From: an uncultured bacterium
GTDB taxonomy: Bacteria; JAGOEH01
NCBI GenBank assembly: GCA_964632485.1
Contig: CAZWDO010000003.1
Coordinates: 62,001 to 120,679, forward strand
DNA length: 58,679 nt
Reading direction: 5' to 3'
Positions 28,457-38,316 of the stretch are shown piece after piece (within the stretch, counting starts at the first letter, position 1; every line of letters begins with the position of its first letter). The notes beneath the pieces were generated by a model. It saw only the letters and a program-made list of their open reading frames with translations, ran no database searches and was not told where the DNA came from. The translations under genes and the position numbers were made by a program.

Positions 28457-30250
28457 ATGAATTTTGGCGATAAAATCGAATTCAGTATTATATGTGCGCT
28501 CATCAATTTATTGATGGCTATCGGCATACCTTCCCATGCGCAGTTTTATCTAAATGAAGTGGAGGTGTGTTCAACCCGAATACTGGAAAACCGCGATCTG
28601 GTTAAAAGTGAAGTCAATGCCACTCCAGCTATGGGCATTTGGACCTCGCATGCGCAGATATTCCAGGCGTTGAGTCTTGCCGGATTGGATTGGACGGCGC
28701 GCGGGAGTGGCCAGGCAGTGAATGATTTTTCAATTAATGGCGCTAACTTTCAGCAAAATCTAGTGCTATTGGATGGAATGCGGCTGGCCAATCCTCAGAC
28801 CGCGCATTTTAATCTTGATTTGCCGGACGCTGTTTTTAATACTAATTTCTGCCAGATTGGAATAATTCCGGGAAATGCTTCGAGTATTTACGGATCCGAC
28901 GCTTTTGGCGGGATACTGCAATTCACCATTCCGGACATTTTGCGCGAACGCCAGTCATTACAAGCGAGCTATGGTTCTCATCAGACCTTCCGGGGAGATT
29001 TTCATATCCAAAAAATTACTGGATATCAGCAATGGCATGGCGCGCTTTCGTTTCAACGGTCAGCAGGATATATGGCCAACAGTGACTACGAAAACGTGGG
29101 TTTCTTTTTAAAGCATCAAACACTCATACAACCGGGATTGAGCGCCCGGAACTATCTGTTTTTTTCAGACAAACGATTCGGCGCTAATAATTTTTATGCG
29201 TTATATCCCTCCCGGGAAGCGACTCGTTCTTTTTTTGCAGCCAACCAAATGGAACTGCGTTTAAGAAAAAATTGGTGGGCAAACAGCAAGATATACGTCA
29301 ACCGCCATACAGACCATTTTGTTTTAATTCGAGACGACCCGTCTGTGATGGACAATCGACACACAACCACAAGTTTAAATGGAGAGTTTCAGTTATCGAA
29401 CGATCGATGGAGCGCGGGAATATTCTCTTCTGTTGAGGAAATAGAGAGTAATCACCTTGGCGATCACCGCCGATGGAATCTGGCTTTTTTCAGCGAGTAT
29501 GGCCGGATTATCAACCAGCGATACTTTTTACATTTCGGATTGCGGGAAGATATTTACCCTAATGAGCAAATCATGAGTCCCCAGCTTGGTTTGGCTTGTT
29601 TTCCAATTCCCCGGCTACGGCTGTTTGTTCATGCTGGCCGTTCGTTTCGTAATGCTTCGTTTACCGAACTCTATTATCATTCGAAATCCAATATAGGCAA
29701 TCCTGATTTGAAATCAGAATCCGCCTGGTCATTTGAGCAGGGTATTGATTGGAAGTCTCCGAGTTTGGAAATTCGTTTCTATTCGTTTCTGCGGCGGGAG
29801 GACCAGTTAATCTCCTGGGCGCAAAGTCCGGAAAACGATACCCAATGGCAGGCCAGGAATATTGAGCGGTTGATAGTTTGGGGTCAGCAGTTCAGTCTGG
29901 ATCTGCAAGTATTCACTTCAGCCCAGTTAGGATGCGGTTTTTGGTGGTATCATTACCGTACAGATCACATCACCGATCTAATCGAAAAATATTTTCGGCC
30001 TCAATATCAATTAGCTTTCAACTTGAATCAGAAACTCACCCCCTTTTGGGGGTACTCCGTGGCATTTTATTATAAAAAAAATTATTCAATGTCAGAATAT
30101 TCGCTGCTCAATTCAGGAATGATTTTTGAAATTGGGGAATGGTGGGTCCAATTGGCTGTCGATAACATTTTGAATACGAACTATGAAAGTATCAGGTACT
30201 TGCCGGCTCCTTCCCGTGAAATGTTGCTAAAAGTGGGTATTGAGCTATAG
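28457..30250 (+). CDS. TonB-dependent outer membrane receptor (BtuB-like size and motifs)
   Basis: Signal peptide, plug motifs SINGANFQQNLVLLDG and PGNASSIYGSDAFGG, GNPDLKSE, and C-terminal VDNILNTNY...PSR. Confidence 0.85.
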   Translation: MNFGDKIEFSIICALINLLMAIGIPSHAQFYLNEVEVCSTRILENRDLVKSEVNATPAMGIWTSHAQIFQALSLAGLDWTARGSGQAVNDFSINGANFQQNLVLLDGMRLANPQTAHFNLDLPDAVFNTNFCQIGIIPGNASSIYGSDAFGGILQFTIPDILRERQSLQASYGSHQTFRGDFHIQKITGYQQWHGALSFQRSAGYMANSDYENVGFFLKHQTLIQPGLSARNYLFFSDKRFGANNFYALYPSREATRSFFAANQMELRLRKNWWANSKIYVNRHTDHFVLIRDDPSVMDNRHTTTSLNGEFQLSNDRWSAGIFSSVEEIESNHLGDHRRWNLAFFSEYGRIINQRYFLHFGLREDIYPNEQIMSPQLGLACFPIPRLRLFVHAGRSFRNASFTELYYHSKSNIGNPDLKSESAWSFEQGIDWKSPSLEIRFYSFLRREDQLISWAQSPENDTQWQARNIERLIVWGQQFSLDLQVFTSAQLGCGFWWYHYRTDHITDLIEKYFRPQYQLAFNLNQKLTPFWGYSVAFYYKKNYSMSEYSLLNSGMIFEIGEWWVQLAVDNILNTNYESIRYLPAPSREMLLKVGIEL

Positions 30251-30327
30251 GCTTATTGCTATGGCAATAGAATTTTTATGCGTTCATTATCGATGGGAAA
30301 CAGCAATTCAAGGATAATGAGAAGGAG

Positions 30328-31278
30328 TTAACGACCACAATAGGAATCAATCTTATCGAAAATAGTAGAATCGGTTTGGGAAAAATAGAGGTTATAAAAA
30401 TTGGTTTCACGGATTAAGTCGAGCAAGGTGTCCAATAATTGCATGGTTAAAGAGGCCGGAAAATAGCGTGAAAAATGATGGTACTCTTTGGCGATTTTTG
30501 GGAGGAGTTGCAAACCAGGTGAAAATTTTTCTATTTTAAGTTCTTTGCTCTGATGAATAAAGAAGAAATGTTTCAGCGGCAAGTCGGGAAGCAAATAATG
30601 GCGGGCTTGATAGCCATACTGATAAAATGGAGATGGTGAAACATAAAAACCATCTTCTTTTTTGATGATAGCGATTGTATCGTCGCTATAGCACTGTTTG
30701 TGTGGATTCAATCGGGTTAGTGTGCTCTTGCCCTGGTTTGAATGTCCAAGGAACGCAACTATTTCTCCGTAATGTTCCAGTCCGGATCCATGGAGCAGTA
30801 ATCCCTTATTACCGATTAAGACGACACTCCATAATAGGATGAACAGATTGATATCCAATACTATTTCTTGTGGGGAATTGGGCTTACAAAACAGAAACGC
30901 GGTCAAATGGTCCGGGAAAATTAGTATGGTATAAGTTACATTTCCATACGAAAATCCGTCAGCGCTATCGAGTTGAAATTGGGGGTGGCTTTTTTGAATA
31001 AAAGAGTTTATGAGCTCTTTTTGGATTTGCAAATTTAACTGTTCCTCCCCGGAATAAAAGGATGGGCTTGAGGAGTTTCTGTTTTCATCAGAGTGCAAAG
31101 TGTCGGCGCCGTTCAAGTCAGCTGTTGGGTACGGGTGGCAGTATAAATTGAACGGGCTACGAGTTTCATCGACTGATGTTATGATATAATCTTTAATTTT
31201 TGCGGGTATTACAATTTTTTTCGCGGTTTCCGCAATGATTTTTAATGGGCGAAAAGGGAGTTGGACATAGATGCGCAT
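30328..31278 (-). CDS. HPr-kinase-related P-loop protein (paralogue of 17971-18987)
   Basis: LLHGSGL...AFLGHSNQGKST...YSDDT...PSPF. Start moved to ATG 31278, 10 nt after the precursor B stop. Confidence 0.8.
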   Translation of the reverse strand: MRIYVQLPFRPLKIIAETAKKIVIPAKIKDYIITSVDETRSPFNLYCHPYPTADLNGADTLHSDENRNSSSPSFYSGEEQLNLQIQKELINSFIQKSHPQFQLDSADGFSYGNVTYTILIFPDHLTAFLFCKPNSPQEIVLDINLFILLWSVVLIGNKGLLLHGSGLEHYGEIVAFLGHSNQGKSTLTRLNPHKQCYSDDTIAIIKKEDGFYVSPSPFYQYGYQARHYLLPDLPLKHFFFIHQSKELKIEKFSPGLQLLPKIAKEYHHFSRYFPASLTMQLLDTLLDLIRETNFYNLYFSQTDSTIFDKIDSYCGR

Positions 31279-31288
31279 TGAAAACGAT

Positions 31289-32086
31289 TTAAAGAGCGTA
31301 GGCGCCGGACGCGCAGTTTTCAATTGGCGCTTGACCCTGCCGGCACCCGGAAAACGAGGGAAAAGCTCCAGTGCCGCAGCCGGAATCGGCATTGCTACCT
31401 AATTCGCAATTGACATTGAGCGCTTGGTTTCCTTCCGCGCAAGCCGACTGGATTTCAAAAATGTCCGGGGATTGCATGAGAAAACCGGCGGTTGTGCCAG
31501 TAGCGCATGTATCATTCGGGACCGTGCCATTATTGCAAGTTCCGGCGCGTGCGCCAATACCGGAATTGCATTGATCCCCACGCGCTAAATTTCCATTATT
31601 GCAATCCGTATTAACATTGCCTCTGGCGGAATTTCCATTGTTGCAGGCCCGATCGGCAGATCCCCCCGATAAACAATCATTATTGTCAGCGACTGACCCA
31701 TTAATACAATCCGCTGCAGGTAGAGAGGTATTGTTGCCTGTAGCGCAACTGGTTGCTGTATAGGATCCGGTCGGATTACAAGCTGCATTGGCGTATCCAC
31801 CTGTACCGCATTCATTTGCTGCATAACTGCCGTATACATGACAGGCATTGCCCGCTTCATTGCCAAAAGTTTCGCAGCGGTTGCCGGCGATGTTGCCTGC
31901 TTCACAACGATTATCGGCAATTCCCCCATTTGGATTGCAACTTCCTGTTCCTGTAGGAATACTGCCATTTGGGCAATCAGCCGTGGCGACATTCCCGGTA
32001 TTGCAATCTCCGGTAGTCTGTCCGTTGACCTGATAACTTAAATAATCAAAACTAAAAATTTCCGGTGAAATATAGTTTCGTTTCAT
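31289..32086 (-). CDS. Cys/Gly-rich repeat protein B, putative giant RiPP precursor (YxxP leader + 21 Cxx(x)G repeats)
   Basis: AGGGGG RBS before ATG 32086. Leader KRNYISPEIFSF..LS.Q..GQT, then 17 CxxG and 4 CxxxG units; no signal peptide. Confidence 0.8.
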   Translation of the reverse strand: MKRNYISPEIFSFDYLSYQVNGQTTGDCNTGNVATADCPNGSIPTGTGSCNPNGGIADNRCEAGNIAGNRCETFGNEAGNACHVYGSYAANECGTGGYANAACNPTGSYTATSCATGNNTSLPAADCINGSVADNNDCLSGGSADRACNNGNSARGNVNTDCNNGNLARGDQCNSGIGARAGTCNNGTVPNDTCATGTTAGFLMQSPDIFEIQSACAEGNQALNVNCELGSNADSGCGTGAFPSFSGCRQGQAPIENCASGAYAL

Positions 32087-32317
32087 TCTCAATGCCCCCT
32101 AAGCGTTAGGTGATTATAGGCTTTTTATAGTATCGCCGCGACTATACTTGAAAATGCGCGGGTGTCTGCATCAAGTGATCAACTCAGAGCTTTTTTTAAT
32201 CTCTGCCATGGTTTATGTTCATTATCCATCGTGTTTCAGCATCTCATAAAAAAACGATGTAGCCTGTGGCGAAACCGTGACTACAGATAGCTGCCCGGCC
32301 TTCGCCTTTGTTTTAAT

Positions 32318-32345
32318 ATAATAATCAAATTTAATTATAAGTCAA
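32318..32345 (-). promoter_or_regulatory. Putative sigma-70 promoter of cassette B
   Basis: Minus-strand TTGACT-N16-TATTAT, the same arrangement as upstream of cassette A. Confidence 0.45.
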
Positions 32346-32517
32346 GTAATATTTTAATGTTTATATATATCATGAAAAATACAAAATCGTTCAGATTTGA
32401 ACACTGATCAAATTGACCCGTCAAATTTAGCAAAAAAATGGCAGCGACACGATGCGATGTTGTTTTTTAATCTATTATATGATAAGATGTTAAAGTCATA
32501 AGTGATTATTTTAATAT

Positions 32518-32535
32518 TTGGCACGAAAAATGCTA
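32518..32535 (+). promoter_or_regulatory. Sigma-54 (-24/-12) promoter
   Basis: TTGGCACGAAAAATGCTA (GG-N10-GC), ~37 nt before the start of the 1662-aa gene. Confidence 0.75.
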
Positions 32536-32571
32536 ATTATATCATAACATTAAAAACGTAAGGAGGCGGTT

Positions 32572-35500
32572 TTGCAGTATTCCCGAAATTATATTCAGCA
32601 AGTTTGCCGAATTTTCGGTATTATCATAATTGCATTTGCTCTTTCAAAAGCTGATCCTGATTGGAATCCGGTCATAACCGATAATAATGGTTCTGTGATT
32701 GTCGAAGGTTCCGGAGCCAAAATTGGGACGGAGTCCATGGAAAACGGTGATTGGGTAGGAATTTTTGCTTATAATCCCGCCACCGGAACCAATGATATTT
32801 GTGCCGGCAAGATCATTATAGGCGAATCACAGAATACGGGGCCGGTTTGGGGGGATGATCCTTATGTGTCCGGGAAGAACGGTTTCAATTCCGGTGAACT
32901 GATGGTCTTTAAAATCTGGGATCGAAGCTCCGATCGCATATATGAAAATGTAACCGTTAGTTATAATGCGGGCATTTTCTACAATGCTACCGGGAATTAT
33001 GCCGCCAATTCCATTTATCATGTTTTGTCTTTGGTAGCGATTGTGGGAACCCAGAATGTAGCTCCATCTGTTCCCGCCGAACCCAATCCCGCCGATTTAG
33101 CTGTGGGGATCTCGATTAACACGAGTTTAAGTTGGAATGCCTCTATTGATGCGGATGGAGATCCTGTGGTGTATGACATATATTTTGGCGAAGGAACCAT
33201 ACCTGCGCTACCAGAGCAGATCGGATTGTCGCTGCCGAATTATACACCGCCCTTGCCCTTGACATTCGGTAAACTTTATCTCTGGCAGGTTAAGGCTCGG
33301 GATAATCGTGGTGGAGTGAGCTCCGGCCCAATTTGGCGATTTACAACTGAAGCGCCGCCTAATCAGCCGCCATATTTTCCCAATAATCCAACGCCAGTGG
33401 ATGGCGCGACAGGTGTCGGCCCGGCCCCGACGCTCTCCTGGTCCGGAGATGACCCGGATGGCGATCCGGTCAGCTATGATATTTATCTTGGCGCCGTAGA
33501 TCCCCCTACGGTTGCTGTAAGTTTGAACCAGACAGCCACAAGCCTTGCCTTGAGTGAGCTGACGGCTGGTTCGATTTATTACTGGATGGTAACGGCTCGG
33601 GATAATCGTGGTGGAGTGAGCTCCGGCCCAATTTGGCGGTTTACTACCGAGACGAGGCCTAATCAACCACCATCTCAACTTACTTTGCCCATTCCAGTTC
33701 ATCAGGCTATCGGGGTTACCATCAATCAAACGCTTTCCTGGAATGCATCCACCGATCCCGAAGGCGGGACCATTACTTATAATCTTTATCTTGGCATGGG
33801 CGCCTTGCCAACGCTTCCCACTGTCAGTGGACTCGCGCAACCCCTATATACTCCACTCACTCCACTCAGTTACGCTACTGAATATTTATGGCGGGTCGTC
33901 GCGATTGATGATCTTGGAGCGAGCAGTTCGAGTGAAATCTGGAGCTTTACAACGGAAAATATCCCGATTACGCCACCCTCGACACCTATTTTAATAGCGC
34001 CGGCGAATGGTGAGAGCGAGCTTGATCCAGATGTACAGTTTCGCTGGTCCATGCCGTCCTCGCGCCAGTCTCTCCCCAACCAGGAACAAATGCTTTTTCA
34101 GTTACAAGTTTCCTCCACGGATGATTTTGCTTGGGGTACCTTACTGGTCGATTACGATAATATTGAACAAAATTCATTGCTTATCCATTCAATTCTTGAT
34201 TATAGCTCACAATATTATTGGCGGGTTCGCGCCCGGAATACTCAGGGCAGCAGCGATTGGACCGCTGGATGGAATTTCAGTACTCGCGCCCCTGATGCTG
34301 AAAACCATCCCCCGTTTGAACCCTTCCAACCCACTCCTTCCGATCAGCAGCTCAATGTCTCTATAGTGACTGATCTGGCTTGGGAAGGAGGCGACCCGGA
34401 TGGTGATCCTGTTCATTATCAGGTACTGATGGGAATTGAGTCCCCCCCAATTACGACGGCGATGAGCCAATCCCTTAACCAGCGGTTCTCACCGGGCGCT
34501 CTGGACTATAATAAAACTTACTATTGGCAAGTGATAGCCGCTGATGATAAAGGATTGCAAACCGTAGGCCCGATCTGGAGCTTTACAACTCAAAACGCGC
34601 CCAATCTTCCTCCCTCCATACCGTCTGGACCGGTTCCTGAAGATTCGGCTCAAGGCGTGGATTTGGCTACTACCTTGTCCTGGATGCCTTCAACCGATCC
34701 GGAAAACGATCCAGTCACCTATGATCTCTATTTCGGAGCGTCTTTGTTTCACATGATTCCAAAGGCGCAGGATTTACCGGAAGCATCCTTTGCAGACGAT
34801 CTTCAGCTTGCAGTTGGAACGCGGTATTATTGGCGGGTAGTTAGCAAGGATGATCATGGAAATACAGCCAATGGTTCCATTTGGAGTTTTAATACGGATA
34901 CACTTGTGTCGAGGAATCGCCCCCCCTATCCGCCTTCTAATCCCAATCCCGCTCATGAAGCGGTATTGGTGGACTTAAATCCACAATTAAAATGGTCGGG
35001 AGGGGACCCGGATGGCGATCAAGTCTATTACGATATCTTTTTCGATACGGTTTCACCGCCAATTAATCGTCGAGCCGCCGCGCAAACTGCGGAATCGTTT
35101 TCAATCGTCAACCTGGAATACAATCGCATCTATTACTGGCGCATTATTTCCGCTGACAGTGAATTCACTGTCAGCGGTCCGATTTGGAAATTCCAGACAT
35201 TGGCGGAGCCGGAGCCGATACCATTAGCGCCAGTATTAATCAATCCCGAAAATGAAGCCGATTCGGTCTCTATAACTCCTGTTTTCACCTGGCACCATTC
35301 CGATTATGTCAGGATGTATCATTTTCAGTTAGCCGTGGATTCTACGTTTCGAGAAATTGTTCGCAGTATCGGGAATCAGGCGGATACCAACCTCACGCTC
35401 AACCAGGAATTGGTACGATCAACCCGATATTATTGGCGCGCGCGCGCTACCAACAATAGTGGCGCTTCCCCCTGGTCCGCGATCTGGAGTTTTCTTACCA

Positions 35501-37560
35501 TTCCAGAACCCCTGACGCTTGATCCCCCGGAATTGATTGCGCCGGCGAATTACTCAACCGAAGTGACCAATAATCCTATTTTTCAATGGAATGAGGTCAT
35601 TAATGCGCAAAAATATGTATTGCAGGTAGCTACTGTATCGGATTTCAGCAATTTTGTGATTGAACTCGCCAATTTGTCTGCAACGACGTGCAAGCTTGAA
35701 GGATTGGCACCGAACACTCGATATTGGTGGCGAGTAAGGGCCAAAAGCGGCACCATTCGCGGCGATTGGTCCGCTGCCTGGGAATTCACTACGACCATGG
35801 GATTCGATCGTCTCTTTGCCTATATTCTACAACCCAGCGCGGATACATCCATTATAGCGGGCGAGTCGGTCAATTTTCAGGGTAAAAGATATGACACGGA
35901 TAAACCCGTTGCTTATCAATGGGATTTCGGGAATGGACAATCTTCGCAGGAACAGGAACCCGGTTTTATTCAATATTCCCAACCGGGCGTCTATCATGTC
36001 CGCTTTTCGTTCGAAATCGAAGGCTTTTCCAGCGATACCGCCAGGCGCATCGTCTATGTACGTCCCGAACCCTTTGTGCGTAATCTTCTCTTTACGGTCT
36101 ATCCTTATCATTTCACGAATGATAAAGTTCTGTTCCGCTGGAAAACAAATGCTGAAGCTCAAGGCGTTGTTCTCATGGGCATTGATAAATCCGACCTTTC
36201 TCTGCGTCAAAGCGCTCCTTTGGAAAAACTCGAACAGATCATTCAAGTTCAACATATAAAACTACACCAACTTTACTATTACCAGATTTTTGCCTTTAAC
36301 CGCGAAGATACCGTTTTCTCCGCAGTCGATTCGTTCATAATTCATGAGTTCGCTCAGGATAACACTCCACCATTTCTACTGGAGCAGGAGCATTATCTGG
36401 ATAACGATGAAGTAATCTTCCGTTTCCGGTTAAATGAACCGGCTATGCTTACGCTACGCTATGGTTCAGCTTCCGACCAGCTCATTTATTCCTATCATGT
36501 TCCAGAGTATCATGATGAGCACTATATTCACCTGCGCAACCTCGATGCCGATAGCGTTTATTATTATCAGTTGGAAATGATTGACTTGGTAAACAATTTG
36601 GGTTATTTCCCGAATCCATCGTCATCAAGGGGATTGTCAAAAAATTCATCGACACTCAATTTCTCAACTTTATCGGTTCCAGATTTGACATCGCCCCGTT
36701 TTATTTCCGGGCCTGAGGTGATCTTGAAGGATAACCACTGGTGTATTCATTGGACAACCAGTAAACCTACAAGTTATCAGCTCAATATCAGCCGGGAAAG
36801 TGAGATTGTATCTAAGTTCAGCGATGCATATACCTTCCGGTGCGATAATTATATCATCATCAGTGGCTTGGGAAATAGCTATCAGGTGGATTTGAATATA
36901 TGGGACGTCAATCAAAATGAGGAAAACAAGACTATTTACTTTTTAACTGACTATAGTTCGCCTGAAGGAGCTATTATCACGACTCCTTTAAATACTCAGG
37001 AAATCAATGATGTGCTGAGCATGGATTGGAAAACGGATGTTCCCGCCGCTACCGCCATTCGCTGGGGATATGCCGCCGAAGAGCTTAACCTGGAAATGCG
37101 TATTAATGATCTGACAAAGGACCATTATATCGCCTTGCCTTCGGTTAAAAGGAATACGCCGGTTTACTATCAGGTCAAGAGCTGTTTAAACATGGACCAG
37201 ATTTGTGATGATTGGAGCGCTATCAACGTTTTTGAATTTCCCGTTGCCATTGAACTGGATAATTCAGACAGCATAAAACCGTCTGTACCGATCGAACTGA
37301 TCAACTATCCCAATCCGTTCACTAAACGCACTGAAATCAGATTTGTTCTAGAGCGGCCGGGGGAAACTAAAATCTCAATCTATAATATGATGGGGGAAAT
37401 GGTGAAACACTGGAATCCCATTTTTTGCCGCAGTGGAGAACACTCTCTGGAATGGAACGGCATGAACGACCATTCAGAGTGGCTTGGAAGCGGTATATAC
37501 TTCTGCCGTATTGAATCTTCATATCATACGGCAATCCGTAAAATGATGTATGTGCGATAA
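32572..37560 (+). CDS. Large secreted modular protein: nine ~100-aa Fn3/Ig-like modules, PKD, further Fn3-like domains, T9SS-A/FlgD-type CTD
   Basis: AAGGAGG RBS with TTG start and a signal peptide. Repeats P.P....L.W...DPDGD...Y..YYW.V...GPIW.F.T, PKD motif YQWDFGNG, and C-terminal NYPNPF...WNG....GSGIYFCRI. Confidence 0.88.
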   Translation: MQYSRNYIQQVCRIFGIIIIAFALSKADPDWNPVITDNNGSVIVEGSGAKIGTESMENGDWVGIFAYNPATGTNDICAGKIIIGESQNTGPVWGDDPYVSGKNGFNSGELMVFKIWDRSSDRIYENVTVSYNAGIFYNATGNYAANSIYHVLSLVAIVGTQNVAPSVPAEPNPADLAVGISINTSLSWNASIDADGDPVVYDIYFGEGTIPALPEQIGLSLPNYTPPLPLTFGKLYLWQVKARDNRGGVSSGPIWRFTTEAPPNQPPYFPNNPTPVDGATGVGPAPTLSWSGDDPDGDPVSYDIYLGAVDPPTVAVSLNQTATSLALSELTAGSIYYWMVTARDNRGGVSSGPIWRFTTETRPNQPPSQLTLPIPVHQAIGVTINQTLSWNASTDPEGGTITYNLYLGMGALPTLPTVSGLAQPLYTPLTPLSYATEYLWRVVAIDDLGASSSSEIWSFTTENIPITPPSTPILIAPANGESELDPDVQFRWSMPSSRQSLPNQEQMLFQLQVSSTDDFAWGTLLVDYDNIEQNSLLIHSILDYSSQYYWRVRARNTQGSSDWTAGWNFSTRAPDAENHPPFEPFQPTPSDQQLNVSIVTDLAWEGGDPDGDPVHYQVLMGIESPPITTAMSQSLNQRFSPGALDYNKTYYWQVIAADDKGLQTVGPIWSFTTQNAPNLPPSIPSGPVPEDSAQGVDLATTLSWMPSTDPENDPVTYDLYFGASLFHMIPKAQDLPEASFADDLQLAVGTRYYWRVVSKDDHGNTANGSIWSFNTDTLVSRNRPPYPPSNPNPAHEAVLVDLNPQLKWSGGDPDGDQVYYDIFFDTVSPPINRRAAAQTAESFSIVNLEYNRIYYWRIISADSEFTVSGPIWKFQTLAEPEPIPLAPVLINPENEADSVSITPVFTWHHSDYVRMYHFQLAVDSTFREIVRSIGNQADTNLTLNQELVRSTRYYWRARATNNSGASPWSAIWSFLTIPEPLTLDPPELIAPANYSTEVTNNPIFQWNEVINAQKYVLQVATVSDFSNFVIELANLSATTCKLEGLAPNTRYWWRVRAKSGTIRGDWSAAWEFTTTMGFDRLFAYILQPSADTSIIAGESVNFQGKRYDTDKPVAYQWDFGNGQSSQEQEPGFIQYSQPGVYHVRFSFEIEGFSSDTARRIVYVRPEPFVRNLLFTVYPYHFTNDKVLFRWKTNAEAQGVVLMGIDKSDLSLRQSAPLEKLEQIIQVQHIKLHQLYYYQIFAFNREDTVFSAVDSFIIHEFAQDNTPPFLLEQEHYLDNDEVIFRFRLNEPAMLTLRYGSASDQLIYSYHVPEYHDEHYIHLRNLDADSVYYYQLEMIDLVNNLGYFPNPSSSRGLSKNSSTLNFSTLSVPDLTSPRFISGPEVILKDNHWCIHWTTSKPTSYQLNISRESEIVSKFSDAYTFRCDNYIIISGLGNSYQVDLNIWDVNQNEENKTIYFLTDYSSPEGAIITTPLNTQEINDVLSMDWKTDVPAATAIRWGYAAEELNLEMRINDLTKDHYIALPSVKRNTPVYYQVKSCLNMDQICDDWSAINVFEFPVAIELDNSDSIKPSVPIELINYPNPFTKRTEIRFVLERPGETKISIYNMMGEMVKHWNPIFCRSGEHSLEWNGMNDHSEWLGSGIYFCRIESSYHTAIRKMMYVR
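33294..33644 (+). repeat. Direct repeat pair (45 nt identical, 50/51 overall), 300 nt apart, at module ends
   Basis: ggctcgggataatcgtggtggagtgagctccggcccaatttggcg at 33294-33338 and 33594-33638. Confidence 0.95.
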
Positions 37561-37578
37561 CGGATACAAGGAGGAATT

Positions 37579-38316
37579 ATGATCAATCTGCAATCCTCCG
37601 GATTAAACAGTGTATCCGGAAACGAAGATTTGACTTATAAAGCGCCTATGGATGTAATAAGTTCCGCTGGAACAATTCATGTTTTTGATTATCAGTTATT
37701 ATATGAAATGGAAAAGCGTATTTATGATTTAGAAGATTTGCTTTCTCGAACCATGGGTGAATTGGAAGAATTAAAAAAAACGACATCAAACCTGGGGAGA
37801 GATGCAAATTCTGATGCGTTGACCGATATTTACAACCGACGGGCTTTCGATCGTAAAATCATCGAGGTCTATGATGTCTACAAACGGTATGGCATTCCTT
37901 TTTCTTTGCTATTCATCGATATCGATCATTTTAAGACAATCAATGATACCTATGGTCATCGCACTGGAGATACAGTACTGGTGCTGGTCGCCAAAACACT
38001 TAAAAATGTCTTGCGTCGAACTGATTTTCTCGTGCGCTACGGTGGCGATGAATTTTCGATAATTTTGTATAACACCCGATTGCAACAGTCGAGTGATGTC
38101 GGTGAGAAAATACGACGTCTAATCGCCTATGAAAATTTATCCAAACGTGAAAACGAGGATTTTCATATCACGCTGAGCATCGGTATCGCCTCTATCCGGA
38201 AAAGCGATTCCGTGGAAAGTTTTATCCATCGTGCGGATGAATGCCTCTATCTCGCCAAAAAAAAAGGACGTAACCTGGTTATTGATGAAAAAAAACTGCC
38301 TAAAAAAATAACTTGA
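37579..38316 (+). CDS. Diguanylate cyclase (coiled coil + GGDEF)
   Basis: DALTDIYNRR, DIDHFKTINDTYGH..GD, I-site RRTD, active-site YGGDEF and LYLAKKKGRN. Confidence 0.95.
   Translation: MINLQSSGLNSVSGNEDLTYKAPMDVISSAGTIHVFDYQLLYEMEKRIYDLEDLLSRTMGELEELKKTTSNLGRDANSDALTDIYNRRAFDRKIIEVYDVYKRYGIPFSLLFIDIDHFKTINDTYGHRTGDTVLVLVAKTLKNVLRRTDFLVRYGGDEFSIILYNTRLQQSSDVGEKIRRLIAYENLSKRENEDFHITLSIGIASIRKSDSVESFIHRADECLYLAKKKGRNLVIDEKKLPKKIT

Noticed and set aside
31279-31392. ORF-track N-terminal extension of the second kinase-like gene
   Set aside because: It overlaps precursor B in another frame; ATG 31278 mirrors the spacing seen in cassette A.
32250-32312. GC-rich hairpin region in the 5' leader of precursor B resembling a c-di-GMP riboswitch
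   Set aside because: Only a weak imperfect stem; the GEMM consensus is not matched on the coding strand.
33294-33644. Diversity-generating retroelement or CRISPR explanation for the repeat pair
   Set aside because: Only two copies inside a coding repeat, with no reverse transcriptase, cas genes or spacer array.
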